A stretch of 64,000 nucleotides of DNA from an uncultured Gammaproteobacteria bacterium (GCA_964470695.1 CAYYDR010000001.1:10638-74637); one strand, 5' to 3'. Shown: positions 1-10,371, numbered from the stretch's first letter. The notes: generated by a model from the sequence alone, not told the origin. Program-made: numbers and translations.

Positions 1-2319
1 GCTTAAATGAAAAGCTAAACTCTTCTGACCACCCAACAACTTATTCCCAGTATAAATATCAAAAAGCTCAACCGACCTAATTAAGGGGTGAAAGTTTTTT
101 ATTTCACTCCTTAAATCATTATACAATATTTTATCTTCTACTACAAAAGAAATGTCTCTGGTAACCGGAGGATATTTTGGCGCCTCCTCAAAACGAAAGC
201 CAGGCCAACCAGACAACAGATCAATTAAAGAATTAAAGTTTATCTCAACTGCCGCTACTGATTTCTTAATATTAACATTTTTAACTACCGCTTTATTAAT
301 TTCCGCAATCAATCCTAAATCATGGCCCGCAACTAGTATTCTAGCCGAAGCTGTCTCACTTGCCCAACCGGGCTTATGATCAAGAGCGGAAAACTCGGTT
401 TCAATCTGATAACCGAACAAACTCTGAAAAAAATTGTTTATTACACTTTTTAGCTCTCCTAGCTGGTTAGCCTCTTCACCGGCCAAAATCAAACTCAGGC
501 GCTTTTCCTGATGGGGAAGCGTGTCTAAACTGACCGCATCCTTCTTCAAATTTCCTGGAATGTTAAAAAACACGCTGCCTAATTCAAATAGCCTCAAACT
601 ATCATATCTAGCCTGATTATTTTTTATATTATAAACCAAGCCAGGAATTAATGACTGCCTTAATAGAGCTTGATTTTCCGCTAACGGATTGGCCATCCGC
701 AAATAATCAAAAAATTCCAAGCCAGCTTTCTTAAGATTATCTTCGCCAATAAAAGAATAGTTATAAACCTCTGTCAAAGAATATTTAAGAGATAAAATAT
801 TCTTTATTTTTCTTTCCCATAATCTTTCTATATTCACCTCTGGGCGATTTAAAATTTGAACTGGCAATCCAGACTCAATATTATCATAACCATATAAGCG
901 CAATACCTCCTCAACAATATCCTCTTTTATATTAATGTCTTTAGTGGCACGCCAAGAAGGAATAGTAATTTCCAGTTCATCGTCTTGCCCTTTTATTTTA
1001 AAACCTAATTTTTCTAAAACTCCCACCACTTTTTCTCTAGGTATCACCTGGCCAATTTTATTATTCAGCCAAATAAGCGACAAGGAAATTTTTTTCTCTT
1101 CGTGGCTCACGCTGTTAACATCCGCTAAAGCGCTAACAATTTTAACCTCAGGAGAAATTTCTTTAAGCAGAGTTAAAAATCTAAGCAGAGCCGTCTCAGT
1201 TAAAAAAGGATCAAGGGATTTTTCAAAACGAATTGACGACTCTGATCTTAAGGCTAACCGGGAAGCGGTCTTGCGGATAGAAATGCCTTGGAAATTAGCT
1301 GATTCTAAAATCAGAGATTTGGTCTTATCATCAATCTCGCTGTTTTGCCCGCCCATAACACCGGCAATAGCGATTATTTTCTTTCCATCAGCAATTACCA
1401 AATCACCATCAACCAAAGATCGCTCTTTCCCATCTAAAGTCACGATATGCTCCCCAGCTACAGATTTTCTAACCACAATTTTCTTCACTTTATCGGCATC
1501 AAAAGCATGAAGAGGCTGCCCGATTTCCAACATAACATAATTGGTCAAATCTACAATATTATTTATTGGTTTTTGCCCAACGGCAATCAGCTTTTCCTTC
1601 AACCAGTCAGGCGACTCACTAACTTTGATATTCTCCACTCTGACCGCCTGATATTTCTGACATAATTCTTTATCTTCTACTTTAATATCTAATTGCGCCC
1701 CCTTTTTATCAGGAAATTCTAAGCGGCTGATTAATTTAGCGTATGGCTTAAGGCTAAGGGAAAAAATCGCCGCTAATTCTCGCGCTAAACCATAATGACT
1801 CCATAAGTCGGGACGATTAGACAGAGACTTATTATCAACTTCAAAAATTACATCGTCCGCTCGCAAATATTTAGCAAAAGGTTCTCCTATTTTAGCCCCT
1901 TCCTTTAAAACTAATATGCCCGCGTGGTCCTTTCCTAGACCTAATTCATCTTCAGCACAAATCATGCCATAAGATTTTTCGCCGCGTATTTCCGCCTCCT
2001 TTATCTCTAAACCATTAGGCAAGACAGCTCCTACTAAAGCGACAGGAACTAATTGTCCGACAGCTACATTTGGCGCGCCGCAGACAATCGTTAATTTTTC
2101 CTTTTTAACATCAACTTTAGTCACCCGCAATCTATCGGCGTTAGGGTGCTTATTAACCTCCAAAACCTTGCCGACTACTACTAAATTAAATTGATCGGCC
2201 TGTCTTGTTATGCCCTCTACTTCAACTGTGCGGCTGGTAAGCTCAGCAGCAATTTCCTCAGGGCTAGTCTTAGCTGGCAATTTTACTAAATCTTTTAACC
2301 AATTATAAGAAATATACAT
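1..2319 (-). CDS. pheT: Phenylalanine--tRNA ligase beta subunit (N-terminal part; gene runs off the window start)
   Basis: Reverse-strand translation from the ATG at 2319 gives MYISYNWLKDLVKLPAKTSPEEIAAELTSRTVEVEGI...KVLEVNKHPNADRLRVTKVDV, the tRNA-binding N-terminus typical of PheT. It lies immediately downstream of pheS. No stop is seen before position 1, which is why it is missing from the ORF track. Confidence 0.8.
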   Translation of the reverse strand, partial: MYISYNWLKDLVKLPAKTSPEEIAAELTSRTVEVEGITRQADQFNLVVVGKVLEVNKHPNADRLRVTKVDVKKEKLTIVCGAPNVAVGQLVPVALVGAVLPNGLEIKEAEIRGEKSYGMICAEDELGLGKDHAGILVLKEGAKIGEPFAKYLRADDVIFEVDNKSLSNRPDLWSHYGLARELAAIFSLSLKPYAKLISRLEFPDKKGAQLDIKVEDKELCQKYQAVRVENIKVSESPDWLKEKLIAVGQKPINNIVDLTNYVMLEIGQPLHAFDADKVKKIVVRKSVAGEHIVTLDGKERSLVDGDLVIADGKKIIAIAGVMGGQNSEIDDKTKSLILESANFQGISIRKTASRLALRSESSIRFEKSLDPFLTETALLRFLTLLKEISPEVKIVSALADVNSVSHEEKKISLSLIWLNNKIGQVIPREKVVGVLEKLGFKIKGQDDELEITIPSWRATKDINIKEDIVEEVLRLYGYDNIESGLPVQILNRPEVNIERLWERKIKNILSLKYSLTEVYNYSFIGEDNLKKAGLEFFDYLRMANPLAENQALLRQSLIPGLVYNIKNNQARYDSLRLFELGSVFFNIPGNLKKDAVSLDTLPHQEKRLSLILAGEEANQLGELKSVINNFFQSLFGYQIETEFSALDHKPGWASETASARILVAGHDLGLIAEINKAVVKNVNIKKSVAAVEINFNSLIDLLSGWPGFRFEEAPKYPPVTRDISFVVEDKILYNDLRSEIKNFHPLIRSVELFDIYTGNKLLGGQKSLAFHLS

Positions 2320-2323
2320 ATAA

Positions 2324-3352
2324 TTAAAATTGCTCTAAAAATTTAATATCCCCGCTATTAAATAAACGAATATCATTAATATTATATTTAAGCATGGCCA
2401 AGCGATTCAAGCCGAAACCGAAAGCTAACCCAGAATAAACATCGGGGTCAATCCCGCCCGCTCGTAAAACATCAGGGTGAACCAGGCCGGCGCCGACTAT
2501 TTCTAGCCAGCCCGAGTATTTACAAACCCGGCAGCCCTTGCCCTGGCATAAGAAACAAGTATATTCGCCATTGTTGCCTGGTTCAACAAAAGGATAGAAT
2601 TTAGGGCGCATTCGTAATTTAGTATTGGGGCCAAATAATTTTTGGCCGACTATTTCTAATAAACTCTTTAGATTGGCAAAATTAATATTCTTATCTATTA
2701 CTAATCCCTCTACTTGATAAAAAGTGTGTTCGTGCCTGGCGTCAGTCGCCTCATTGCGGAAACAGCGTCCTGGCATAATAGCTTTTAGGGGCGCCCCGTA
2801 GCGCTGCATGGTTCTTATTTGGACTGGAGAGGTGTGGGTGCGCATCACTAGGTCATACTGGCCCTCTTTATTCTTTGAATCAATATAAAAAGTATCTTGC
2901 ATATCGCGCGCGGGATGATGCGGCGGCATATTTAAGGCTGTAAAATTATAATAATCGCTCTCTAATTCCGGCCCATCCGCAATCATAAATCCTAAGGAAG
3001 AGAAAAGATCTTCTAATTCATTCTGAATTATAGTAATAGGATGAAGATGGCCATTTGGCAAAGGCGCTCCCGGCAGGCTAACATCTACGACCTCGCTCTT
3101 AGCCGCATAATTATTAATTATCTGGCTGGCCTCAGCAAATTTGCTTTGCAGTTCTTCTTTTAGGCTATTAGCTAATCCTCCTAATTCCTGGCGCAAATCT
3201 AGACTTAAATCTTTTAATTCGTGCATTGCAGCACTCAGCTCGCCTTTTCGCGATAAGAAGCGCAATTCCAAATCGCGCAAATGTTCATTGTTTTTAGCTT
3301 GCGCTAATTGCGATAAGAAGTCAGCGCGTAATTTATTTAATTTCGCTTTCAT
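2324..3352 (-). CDS. pheS: Phenylalanine--tRNA ligase alpha subunit
   Basis: 342 aa. Class II aaRS motifs are present (FRNEATDARHEHTFYQVEGLV, GAGLVHP, GLAFGFGLNRLAM). It is adjacent to pheT. Confidence 0.9.
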   Translation of the reverse strand: MKAKLNKLRADFLSQLAQAKNNEHLRDLELRFLSRKGELSAAMHELKDLSLDLRQELGGLANSLKEELQSKFAEASQIINNYAAKSEVVDVSLPGAPLPNGHLHPITIIQNELEDLFSSLGFMIADGPELESDYYNFTALNMPPHHPARDMQDTFYIDSKNKEGQYDLVMRTHTSPVQIRTMQRYGAPLKAIMPGRCFRNEATDARHEHTFYQVEGLVIDKNINFANLKSLLEIVGQKLFGPNTKLRMRPKFYPFVEPGNNGEYTCFLCQGKGCRVCKYSGWLEIVGAGLVHPDVLRAGGIDPDVYSGLAFGFGLNRLAMLKYNINDIRLFNSGDIKFLEQF

Positions 3353-3356
3353 ATAT

Positions 3357-3737
3357 TTATCTGTTTTTCTTATAACTAATCAAAAATAACTCCAAAATTG
3401 CAAAGATCATGACCAACATAATTAAATTTAACCAATTAAACAATTGCTGGGCCTTCAATATCAGTAAAATTATTATAAACAAAGAGAGGGAAAAGGACTG
3501 ACGAAAAGCGATTTTGACTAAATTAAAAGCTAATTCTTTCTTTAAAGCTATAAAACGAATTATAAATCCCACTAAAGCGATAGTTCCGCTTAGAGAGGCG
3601 AAAAGAGCTAAATAAAATAAAGTAAACCCCAGCCAGTTAGTGGCCGTCGGATCAACTAAGCCAGCGACAAAGAAAAAAATCGCCCAGCAAACAGCTGTTA
3701 AAACCGCCATGACGCCTAAATAATTTTTCAAGGTCAT
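3357..3737 (-). CDS. Small integral membrane protein (3-4 predicted TM helices), function unknown
   Basis: 126 aa, strongly hydrophobic segments. Sits between valS and pheS with a 4-nt overlap with valS. Confidence 0.45.
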   Translation of the reverse strand: MTLKNYLGVMAVLTAVCWAIFFFVAGLVDPTATNWLGFTLFYLALFASLSGTIALVGFIIRFIALKKELAFNLVKIAFRQSFSLSLFIIILLILKAQQLFNWLNLIMLVMIFAILELFLISYKKNR

Positions 3738-6370
3738 ATATTTTGAATATTTTTAACTATTTTATCCCGCTCTAATTTATAATTAGCCAGCTTATCTTTC
3801 TCAGCCTTAACAATCGTTTCCGGCGCTCGAGATACGAAGTCAATATTATTTAATTTTGTCTCCTGTAGAGCGATCAATTTCTCTAGCTGTTCTTTTTCTT
3901 TGCCAAGCCGCTCTCGTTCTTTAGCCTCATCAATCGTTCCAATTAAATAAATTTCCGTTTCCCCAACCGGGACGACTATTGCTTTATCAATTTTTTCACC
4001 CTTAACTTTAATAGTTAAACTACTTAGACCGGTTTTTAGCCCCATAATCAGTTCTTTTTCTGGCTCTAAGAATTTAGCATCAGGGCTATAAATAATTGCT
4101 TCCAGTTTCTGAGCCGGCTCTATCTTATTTTCGCTGCGGGCATTTCTGATGGCAATTATAATTTCTTGAATTTTTTTAATTTTATTTTCTGACTCGGTAT
4201 TAGACCAGTCTTTATTTTCTAAAGACATTTTTGGCCATCTTTCAACCATTAAAACAGATTCATTAAAGCTAGCCCAAATTGATTCAGTCACAAAGGGAAT
4301 AAAGGGGTGCCAAATAATTAATAAATTTTTCAAAATATAAATTAATATTTCCTCTTTATCTTTTTCTATTTTAGCTATTTCCAGATACCAATCAGCCAGC
4401 TTATTATAGGTAAAATCAACCAACTCATCAGCCGCTAAAGAAAAATTAAAATTAGCTAAATATCCGTCAACTATTTTAACTGATGTAGTTAAGCTATTTA
4501 GAATCCATTTATCAGCATTAGTTTTAACGGCCGGCATCTTATCAATCGGAACATCAAAATCTTTTTCATCAACCGAACTGAGAATAAACCGAGAAATATT
4601 CCAAAGCTTATTTATAAAATTACGCTTAGCTTCTACCTTATCCTCATTAAAACGCGAATCATTGCCTGGGGTAGAGCCCATTAGAATAGAGAGGCGCGTA
4701 GCGTCAGCACCAAATTTAGCCACCATATCTAAAGGATTAACGCCGTTACCTTTAGATTTAGACATTTTTTTACCGTTGCCATCTAAAATCATGCCATGCA
4801 AATAAACATTGCTAAAAGGAATCTCGCCTAAAGCGAAAAAGGACATCATAATCATACGAGAAACCCAGAGAGTAATTATTTCATAGCCTGTTTCTAGGAC
4901 CTGGGTAGGATGAAAACGAGCTAAGTCGCCAATTTTTTTACCATCTTTAAAATTATCCGGCCAACCGAGCGTGGAAAAAGTCCACATGCCCGAGGAAAAC
5001 CAGGTGTCTAGGGTGTCAGAATCTTGCGCCCAGCCATCGCCAGCCGGAGCAGATAAACCAACATAAATTTCCTCTCCTTTATACCAAACCGGAATCTGAT
5101 GGCCAAACCAAATCTGGCGAGAAATACACCAATCATGGAGATTATTCATCCAATCGGTATATCTCTTATTAAATCGCTCTGGAATAAATTTTATTTCGTT
5201 TGTTTCGGCCGCTTCAATTGCTCTCTCTTTTAATGATTTATCGCCCAATCGTGATAATTTTTTATCAACCGAGATAAACCATTGTTTAGAGGGAAGCGGT
5301 TCAATTGACGCGCCGCAGCGATAACAGACCGAAAGATTATTTGTTAAATCTTCCTCTTTAACCATTAGACCGCGGTTATTTAGCTCCTCAATAATTAAGG
5401 AACGCGCTTCAACCGCGCTAAGGCCGGAAAAATTACCAAAGTTTTTATGGATAAAGCCCTTTTCATCTATAACCTTTATTAAATCCAAATTATTAGCTTG
5501 AGCCATTTGCCAATCTACCATGGAGTGGGCCGGAGTAACCCCAAGAGCGCCGGTGCCAAAATCAGAATCAACATTTCTGTCAGCGATAATTTTAATTTTT
5601 AATTCTTGGCCGCAAAAATCTGCCAATAATTCCCGGCCAATAAAAGATTTATACCGCTCATCTTTTGGGTTAACCGCTATAGCCGTATCGCCCAGCTTAG
5701 TTTCGGGGCGGGTGGTAGAAATAGCGATAGGGAAGTCTTTATCATAACGGAAAGTATATAGTTTAGTCTTCTGTTCTTTATATTCCACCTCGTCATCAGC
5801 TAAAGTAGACTGGCAGCGCGGGCACCAATTAACAATTCTTTCCCCCTTATAAATCACACCTTCATCATACATTTCTTTAAACATCTGGCGGACAGCCTTC
5901 TGCCTCTCCTCGTCAAGAGTAAAAGCCAGGCGCGACCAATCTAAAGAGGCGCCTAATTTACGCATTTGATGCAATATTTCTCCTTGAGTCACATCTAGAA
6001 ATTTCCAAACCTCCTGTAAAAATTGCTCTCGGCCTAAATCATGACGTGTCTTACCCTGTTCACGAAAAATTTTTTTCTCTACCACATTCTGGGTAGCAAT
6101 AGCCGCGTGATCAGTGCCGGGCAACCATAGGGCCTTATACCCGCGCAAACGATGATAACGGATCAATAAATCTTCAATTGCCACCATAGCTGAGTGCCCC
6201 ATATGCAACCGATCGGTAATATTAGGTGGAGGGAGAACTATAGTATAAGAAGAGGCCTCGTCTGGTAGCCCCAAATTATCCGGATTAAAAAATCCTGAAT
6301 CTTCCCATTTTTTATAAATTTTGTCCTCATTTTCACCAGGACTATAAGCTTTAGGTAATTCTTGTTTCAT
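3734..6370 (-). CDS. valS: Valine--tRNA ligase
   Basis: 878 aa. Class I HIGH-type motif (LHMGHS) and KMSKS motif (KMSKSKGN) are present, with an editing domain and a C-terminal coiled coil. Confidence 0.95.
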   Translation of the reverse strand: MKQELPKAYSPGENEDKIYKKWEDSGFFNPDNLGLPDEASSYTIVLPPPNITDRLHMGHSAMVAIEDLLIRYHRLRGYKALWLPGTDHAAIATQNVVEKKIFREQGKTRHDLGREQFLQEVWKFLDVTQGEILHQMRKLGASLDWSRLAFTLDEERQKAVRQMFKEMYDEGVIYKGERIVNWCPRCQSTLADDEVEYKEQKTKLYTFRYDKDFPIAISTTRPETKLGDTAIAVNPKDERYKSFIGRELLADFCGQELKIKIIADRNVDSDFGTGALGVTPAHSMVDWQMAQANNLDLIKVIDEKGFIHKNFGNFSGLSAVEARSLIIEELNNRGLMVKEEDLTNNLSVCYRCGASIEPLPSKQWFISVDKKLSRLGDKSLKERAIEAAETNEIKFIPERFNKRYTDWMNNLHDWCISRQIWFGHQIPVWYKGEEIYVGLSAPAGDGWAQDSDTLDTWFSSGMWTFSTLGWPDNFKDGKKIGDLARFHPTQVLETGYEIITLWVSRMIMMSFFALGEIPFSNVYLHGMILDGNGKKMSKSKGNGVNPLDMVAKFGADATRLSILMGSTPGNDSRFNEDKVEAKRNFINKLWNISRFILSSVDEKDFDVPIDKMPAVKTNADKWILNSLTTSVKIVDGYLANFNFSLAADELVDFTYNKLADWYLEIAKIEKDKEEILIYILKNLLIIWHPFIPFVTESIWASFNESVLMVERWPKMSLENKDWSNTESENKIKKIQEIIIAIRNARSENKIEPAQKLEAIIYSPDAKFLEPEKELIMGLKTGLSSLTIKVKGEKIDKAIVVPVGETEIYLIGTIDEAKERERLGKEKEQLEKLIALQETKLNNIDFVSRAPETIVKAEKDKLANYKLERDKIVKNIQNI

Positions 6371-6490
6371 ACTTTAAAATTACCAAAAAAACAGCCTTAA
6401 GTCAAACAAAATTTATCTTGACTTTAAGCCTAATTACCGGTATATTAAAGGGTTGAGCTCACTATAAGCTCGGCCTATTTTATAGATCAA

Positions 6491-7633
6491 ATGCTAGACT
6501 TAGAACAACAAATTTTCCGACAGCTGGAAAAATCTAAAAGCCCCTTAATTGTATTCCCAGCCGATTGGTCTGGCGATTCCGTAGCTGCGGCTTTGGCGCT
6601 TTTTATATTTCTAAAAAATTTAGGCCTTAACCCGGAAATTGCCGCTTCTCAGCCAGACATAAATAAGCACAGCCTAGCCTTCTTGCCGTCTTTTCAGGCT
6701 ATCCAGGCGGGGCTACATAACTTGCGTCGTTTTATCGTCTCTTTAGACATCAGTCAAGCTAAAGTCCAGCAAATAAAATACACGGTTGACGAGGCCCGTC
6801 TTAATTTTATAATCTCTCCGTCAACCGGCTGGTTTAAGCCTGAAGATGTGACATCTCGCGCCGATGATTTTAAATATGATTTGATTATTACGCTAGGAAC
6901 CAGTAATTTAGAATCGCTGGGGAAAATATACGACGATAATATAGAATTTTTTTATAAAACTACCATTATCAATATTGACAACCATCCTACCAACGAAGAC
7001 TTCGGCCAAATTAATTTTGTTGATCTGAATTCAGTCGCTACCTCCGAAACTCTTTTTTATTTATTAAAAAATTATAAAGGAGAGCTCGTAAATGAAGATG
7101 CGGCGACCTGCCTTCTTGCCGGAATAATCCAGCAAACCAAAAATTTCAAAACCCCTAATCTTACTCCCCGCACACTGTTAACTAGCTCCCAACTTATCAC
7201 TTTAGGGGCGCGACGCGAAGAAATAGTAAATAATTTATATCGTTCTCGCGATATTTCTTCTTTAAAATTATGGGGAAGAATATTAAATAATCTAAAATCA
7301 AGTAAAAAAGATGAGATTCTTTGGTCCAGCCTGCTTGGGCCTGACTTCAAGGACTGCGACTCTTCTCCGGCCATGATAGATGACTTAGTAGATGAATTAA
7401 TGGCTAGCGTCCCCAGCGCTAAACTAATTGTTATAATATATGAAACTGATCCCGGCCTAACAAACATCAATCTTTACGCCCTTAAAAACAATAACGCCCT
7501 GGATCTATTAAAAGAATATTCTCCCCAAGGCCTGCCTCGCCTAGCTAAGGCCACCACCAGCCAAAGCCCCAATCAACTAACCAATGAATTAATACCCGCC
7601 CTACAAAAAAAGCTTGATAAATTAGTTTCTTAG
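6491..7633 (+). CDS. DHH-family phosphoesterase homologue (NrnA-like) with degenerate catalytic motifs
   Basis: 380 aa with NrnA-like architecture (N-terminal DHH, C-terminal DHHA1-like). The canonical DHH triad reads DNH (IDNHPTNEDFG) and the GGGH motif is not evident. Confidence 0.5.
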   Translation: MLDLEQQIFRQLEKSKSPLIVFPADWSGDSVAAALALFIFLKNLGLNPEIAASQPDINKHSLAFLPSFQAIQAGLHNLRRFIVSLDISQAKVQQIKYTVDEARLNFIISPSTGWFKPEDVTSRADDFKYDLIITLGTSNLESLGKIYDDNIEFFYKTTIINIDNHPTNEDFGQINFVDLNSVATSETLFYLLKNYKGELVNEDAATCLLAGIIQQTKNFKTPNLTPRTLLTSSQLITLGARREEIVNNLYRSRDISSLKLWGRILNNLKSSKKDEILWSSLLGPDFKDCDSSPAMIDDLVDELMASVPSAKLIVIIYETDPGLTNINLYALKNNNALDLLKEYSPQGLPRLAKATTSQSPNQLTNELIPALQKKLDKLVS

Positions 7634-7714
7634 TGATATAAATTTTAGTGACCCAATATAATAGCTAATGAAATTAAGTATCTTGCATTCTTTATTCGCG
7701 GCCATTATAATAAG

Positions 7715-7788
7715 GGGCATATAGCTCAGTTGGTTAGAGCACCGCTCTTATAAAGCGGGGGTCGATGGTTCAAGTCCATCTATGCCCA
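7715..7788 (+). tRNA. tRNA-Ile, anticodon UAU
   Basis: Cloverleaf: acceptor gggcata/tatgccc, D-arm agctcagttggttagagc, anticodon stem ccgct/agcgg with loop cttataa (U33, anticodon TAT, A37), T-arm gatgg-ttcaagt-ccatc. CCA is not encoded. Confidence 0.7.
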
Positions 7789-7802
7789 CAGTTTATTAAA
7801 GA

Positions 7803-7876
7803 GGGCTCGTAGCTCAGTTGGTTAGAGCGCCACGTTGACATCGTGGAGGTCACAGATTCGAGTTCTGTCGGGCCCA
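7803..7876 (+). tRNA. tRNA-Val, anticodon GAC
   Basis: Acceptor gggctcg/cgggccc (one G.U pair), anticodon stem ccacg/cgtgg with loop ttgacat (anticodon GAC), T-arm acaga-ttcgagt-tctgt. Confidence 0.8.
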
Positions 7877-7883
7877 CCCTGAA

Positions 7884-7914
7884 AAAACACGTCTTGATAA
7901 GGCGTGTTTTTTAA
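7884..7914 (+). terminator. Rho-independent terminator after the tRNA pair
   Basis: Hairpin aacacg-tcttgataagg-cgtgtt followed by a T-run (tttttt). Confidence 0.6.
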
Positions 7915-7976
7915 TTTATGTATTTACTTTTAACCTAATTATTGGTAAATTATATAAAGAAGATAATTAAATTAAT

Positions 7977-8396
7977 ATGCTTTTCCATAATAAAAAAAGG
8001 GTAGTTGCTTCAGTTTCTAAAAATAACCAAACCTCAGCCGAAGAATGGTTCAACTATGAAGAGCCGGAAACCGAGGGGCAGCTGGCTATTGATGTTTATC
8101 AAACCGACAAAAAAATAATTGTTAAATCCACAATCGCCGGAGTCAAACCAGAAAATTTAAAAATATCTCTCCACCACGATCTCCTAACAATCAAGGGGAG
8201 CCGTTCGGCCGGACAAGAAATAACTGAAGAAAATTATTTATACCGAGAATGCTACTGGGGGTCTTTCTCTAGGTCTATTATTTTGCCATCTGAAGTAGAT
8301 AATAAGAAAGTAGAAGCCGAGCTAGAAAATGGGGTATTAACTATTACTCTTTACAAAACTAACCCTAGCCAAATCCAAGTAAAAATCAAGGATTAG
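7977..8396 (+). CDS. Hsp20/alpha-crystallin family small heat-shock protein
   Basis: 139 aa. The alpha-crystallin domain pattern is present (LAIDVYQTDKKIIVKSTIAGVKPENLKISL...ENGVLTITL). Confidence 0.85.
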   Translation: MLFHNKKRVVASVSKNNQTSAEEWFNYEEPETEGQLAIDVYQTDKKIIVKSTIAGVKPENLKISLHHDLLTIKGSRSAGQEITEENYLYRECYWGSFSRSIILPSEVDNKKVEAELENGVLTITLYKTNPSQIQVKIKD

Positions 8397-8414
8397 ATTC
8401 GGACTCAAGCCGAT

Positions 8415-10370
8415 ATGAAAAATAAGGCTCTGATAATAAAAACCGCTTTAGTGTTAATAGCTTGCTTGTCAGCGGCTTTTTTTATTATTAATTACTCTAT
8501 CTGGAACAATAATTACCGAGGACGAATTTATCCCAACGTTATAATAGGGGGGCTAGATTTATCTGGAAAAACGCCGACTGAAGCTAGGGCCGCTTTGGCT
8601 GAACAAGCAGAAAAAATAAAAGAAGCCGGCTTAAAATTTAAATATAACGACAAAACTGTTTCCTTAGAAACATCGGTCGCCTCATTTGATGCTGACTTAT
8701 CCTATCCGGCTTTAGTCTTTGAAATAGAGGCGACTATTAATGAGGCTCTAGGGGGAGAAAAGGGGCAGGGATTTTTAAAATATCTTCTAAATATAATCGG
8801 GCTAGAAAAACAAGATAACCTAAAACTGCTGTATCAATTAAACGAAGAAAAGACTAGGTCTTTTTTAAATGAGAACTTCGCTGAACTAAATATCAGCCCG
8901 GCCAACGCTTACTTTTCCTTTGTAGAAAGCAATAATAATCTTTCCCTAAAAAATAACCCGGAAAAAATCGGCAAAGAAATAAATTACGATCAGGCTATTA
9001 ATGAAGTAAAGAATAATCTTGATAATTTAAAGGACGCAGTAGTAATCATTAAGACCAGATCTAAATACCCGACCGTTAAAACCAGTGATTTAGCAGGGCT
9101 AGAAAATGAAGCCAAGCAGATGTTTAATAAAGCTGACTTAATTCTCCAGCTCCCGGAGTCCGAGCAACCAAATCAAGAGCAAAAATCTTGGTCAATTAAA
9201 TCCAGCCGCTTAATAACTTGGGCTAATGCTAAAAAAACGGATCAGGGCCTCACTATTTCCTTAGACCAAGAAAAGGTGAAAGATTATATTAAGACAACAA
9301 TATCTCCTCAGGTTGACGAGGAGCCAATCAGGCCGCGCTTTGAAATTAAAAATGGCCGGGTCAGCAGTTGGCAAACTGGCAAAATCGGATTAGCCGTTGA
9401 TATTGAAGAAACAGCTAATCGTTTAATAGCCGGTTTTTTAAACAAGGAAAAAAGTATTACCATAATTACCAAGGAGGTTGGAAGCGAAGATTTGGCGGCA
9501 GACAACTCTTTTAACATCAAAGAAATATTAGGAACGGGCCACTCCGCCTTTACTGGATCGCCGGCTAATAGACGCCATAATATTGCTACTGGCGCCGCGG
9601 CTCTGCACGGCTTATTAATAAAACCGGGCGAGGAATTTTCTTTAGTGAAAGCCCTGGGAGATATTAGCGATCAGACCGGATATTTGCCCGAACTAGTAAT
9701 TAAAGGAAACAAGACTGTCCCTGAGTTCGGCGGCGGGCTCTGCCAAGTCGGCACAACCTTATTTAGAACTGTTCTAGCTACGGGATTGCCAGTCACCATG
9801 CGGCAAAACCATTCTTACCGCGTCTCTTATTACGAACCGGCTGGGACTGATGCCACTATTTATATACCACAACCAGACTTCCGATTTATCAACGATACTA
9901 ACAATTACATTTTAATTCAGGCTCGCTCTACTAAAAATGATTTGTATTTTGATTTTTGGGGAGTTAAAGATGGGCGCATTGCTACTACGACTTATCCAGT
10001 AATCTATAACATCGTAAAGCCTGAGCCGACAAAAATCGTAGAAACCGATGCTCTTAAACCAGGTGAAAAAAAATGTACTGAGAGTTCTCATAACGGCGCT
10101 GACGCTTACTTTGATTACAAAGTAATATACCCAGAGGGGGCCAGCGTTGAACCGCTAGTCCAAGAAAGAAGATTTAAATCGCATTATATCCCTTGGCAAG
10201 CGGTCTGCTTAGTAGGAAAATCGGCCAGCTCTAGCAGCCCAATTGCTTCTAGTACCCCAATAACATCCACCTCTTCTAGCGCTATCATAACGCCAACAAC
10301 TCCTAGTAACCCCGAAAACAAAGAAGCGACTGGAACTCCAGCCGCTTCTAGCAGTCTTATTAAACCTTAA
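8415..10370 (+). CDS. VanW-family protein with N-terminal TM anchor and C-terminal Ser/Thr/Pro-rich tail
   Basis: 651 aa. VanW core motifs are present (GTGHSAFTGSPANRRHNIATGAAALHG, FGGGLCQVGTTLFRT). There is an N-terminal hydrophobic helix and a low-complexity STP-rich C-terminus. Confidence 0.75.
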   Translation: MKNKALIIKTALVLIACLSAAFFIINYSIWNNNYRGRIYPNVIIGGLDLSGKTPTEARAALAEQAEKIKEAGLKFKYNDKTVSLETSVASFDADLSYPALVFEIEATINEALGGEKGQGFLKYLLNIIGLEKQDNLKLLYQLNEEKTRSFLNENFAELNISPANAYFSFVESNNNLSLKNNPEKIGKEINYDQAINEVKNNLDNLKDAVVIIKTRSKYPTVKTSDLAGLENEAKQMFNKADLILQLPESEQPNQEQKSWSIKSSRLITWANAKKTDQGLTISLDQEKVKDYIKTTISPQVDEEPIRPRFEIKNGRVSSWQTGKIGLAVDIEETANRLIAGFLNKEKSITIITKEVGSEDLAADNSFNIKEILGTGHSAFTGSPANRRHNIATGAAALHGLLIKPGEEFSLVKALGDISDQTGYLPELVIKGNKTVPEFGGGLCQVGTTLFRTVLATGLPVTMRQNHSYRVSYYEPAGTDATIYIPQPDFRFINDTNNYILIQARSTKNDLYFDFWGVKDGRIATTTYPVIYNIVKPEPTKIVETDALKPGEKKCTESSHNGADAYFDYKVIYPEGASVEPLVQERRFKSHYIPWQAVCLVGKSASSSSPIASSTPITSTSSSAIITPTTPSNPENKEATGTPAASSSLIKP

Positions 10371-10371
10371 C

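Noticed and set aside
935-1665. Plus-strand ORFs of 191 aa and 72 aa inside the pheT region
   Set aside because: They lie antisense to a clearly homologous PheT reading frame, are low-complexity, and have no motif. They are shadow ORFs.
5520-5747. 75-aa plus-strand ORF inside valS
   Set aside because: Antisense to the conserved valS frame, so it is a shadow ORF. The same applies to 3141-3389 (antisense to pheS) and 7072-7470 (antisense to the DHH gene).
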